NCBI GenBank assembly: GCA_977017645.1
Contig: OZ360239.1
Location: 43,586,001-43,650,000, forward strand
Origin: Torpedo marmorata
Lineage: Eukaryota
Direction: 5' to 3'
DNA length: 64,000 nt
The position numbers and the translations under genes are program-made. The stretch's first letter is position 1, and each line of letters starts with the position of its first letter. The notes under the pieces are model-generated. The model was not told where the DNA came from and searched no databases. It saw nothing but the letters and a program-made list of their open reading frames with translations. Below, one piece after another: positions 63,072-64,000 of the stretch.

Positions 63072-63925
63072 ATAAACCTGCTGCTTGCATATCAAAGGTT
63101 CAATGGTTCCTTTTTTGTCAGGTAATAATATATTAAAAATGTAATATACATAATATACTTCAACTTATGTCTGCCATAAGGCAAGCAAAGAGTCACCATG
63201 AGCATTGCTCGGTGCCCCAAACAATGGTAGAAAGAGAAGCAAAAGAGACAAAAGAGAGTCCGTTCAGTCACACTAAGTGTCCATGGATTCGCGTTCAGCA
63301 CTCCCACAGTCTCTGCAGCTGCGCAGACTCCTGTTCAAACCATCAACAAGCTGAGATCCAGATCCAAACCTCCGATACGATCAGGAAGCCTTCAGCATCC
63401 AAGGCCCTTCGGGAGCCCTTCTTGTCCTCAGCACCCTCTCAAATCCCAGTTCCAATTCCTGGTTCCCTAAGCCAATCTCCAGCAGCTCGCAGCCTGTGTG
63501 GATCCTTCGCAAGTTGCCAGCAGCCCACAGCTTATGTGAGTCGTTTGATGGCAAGTCGCCTGTGGCCCACAGCCTGTGTGGGTCCTTCAGCCATTGAGCT
63601 CCTTGCTGGTACGCTACCATGTTCACCATCCTGTAGGGTCATCTCCAATGCTTCTCCATCTCAGCGGGGGTGTACTCCATATTTCTGGTGTCCAGTGTCA
63701 GTCCTCTGCTCCCCGGGGTATGCAACCCCTTGTTGTACACTGCCCAGCATAGGCACCGCCATCTTGGGCACAGACCTCCATGGTTGCAGGATTTAAAAAA
63801 AATACCATCAGCTCCTTTAACAGGCCATTTAAAGCCTGTATATCAGGACCAGGCATGAGGACGCTGCAGAGCAGCGCTGTGTCTCTGCTCCCCGCTTTCT
63901 CGGATCCGCACCTGCGGCAGCGCTG
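63072..63925 (-). mobile_element. Unclassified retroposon-like repeat
   Basis: TCAAAGGTTCAATGGTTCCTTTTTTGTCA tail-like end and internally repeated CAGCCTGTGTGG units; family not recognised. Confidence 0.35.
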
Positions 63926-64000
63926 CCATTTTTTTTTCCATATGATCCACATCCCTCTATCACCTGTATATTCATTGTCTATCTAGAAGCCTTTGAAACA

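Noticed and set aside
63167-63796. 209-aa ORF
   Set aside because: Low-complexity Ser/Pro/Ala/Cys translation of a repeat; no domain recognised.

Overview
Eukaryotic, repeat-rich, AT-rich and CpG-depleted vertebrate DNA. The repeat repertoire (CR1, Rex1/Babar, L1/Tx1, Penelope, HE1-like V-SINE) suggests a cartilaginous fish, which is an inference. No host protein-coding gene is recognisable; 43.6-62.4 kb is repeat-poor and holds a few weak exon candidates. The centrepiece is an intact, very young Gypsy LTR retrotransposon on the minus strand (23795-28493), with two 253-bp LTRs identical by eye and one 1357-aa gag-pol ORF. Two relatives are also present: a solo LTR split by an L1 (36678-40900) and a rearranged, truncated copy (54360-55339). 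The most notable signal is that neither copy with an internal region has a tRNA primer-binding site. In each, the sequence just after the 5' LTR is the exact reverse complement of that element's own LTR segment containing AATAAA. The helix is 13 bp + 1-nt bulge + 3 bp in both copies, with 6 compensatory base-pair changes between them. This points to a conserved RNA helix for tRNA-independent self-priming and/or masking of the 5' polyA signal. All calls were made by eye without database searches; boundaries of old repeats are approximate.
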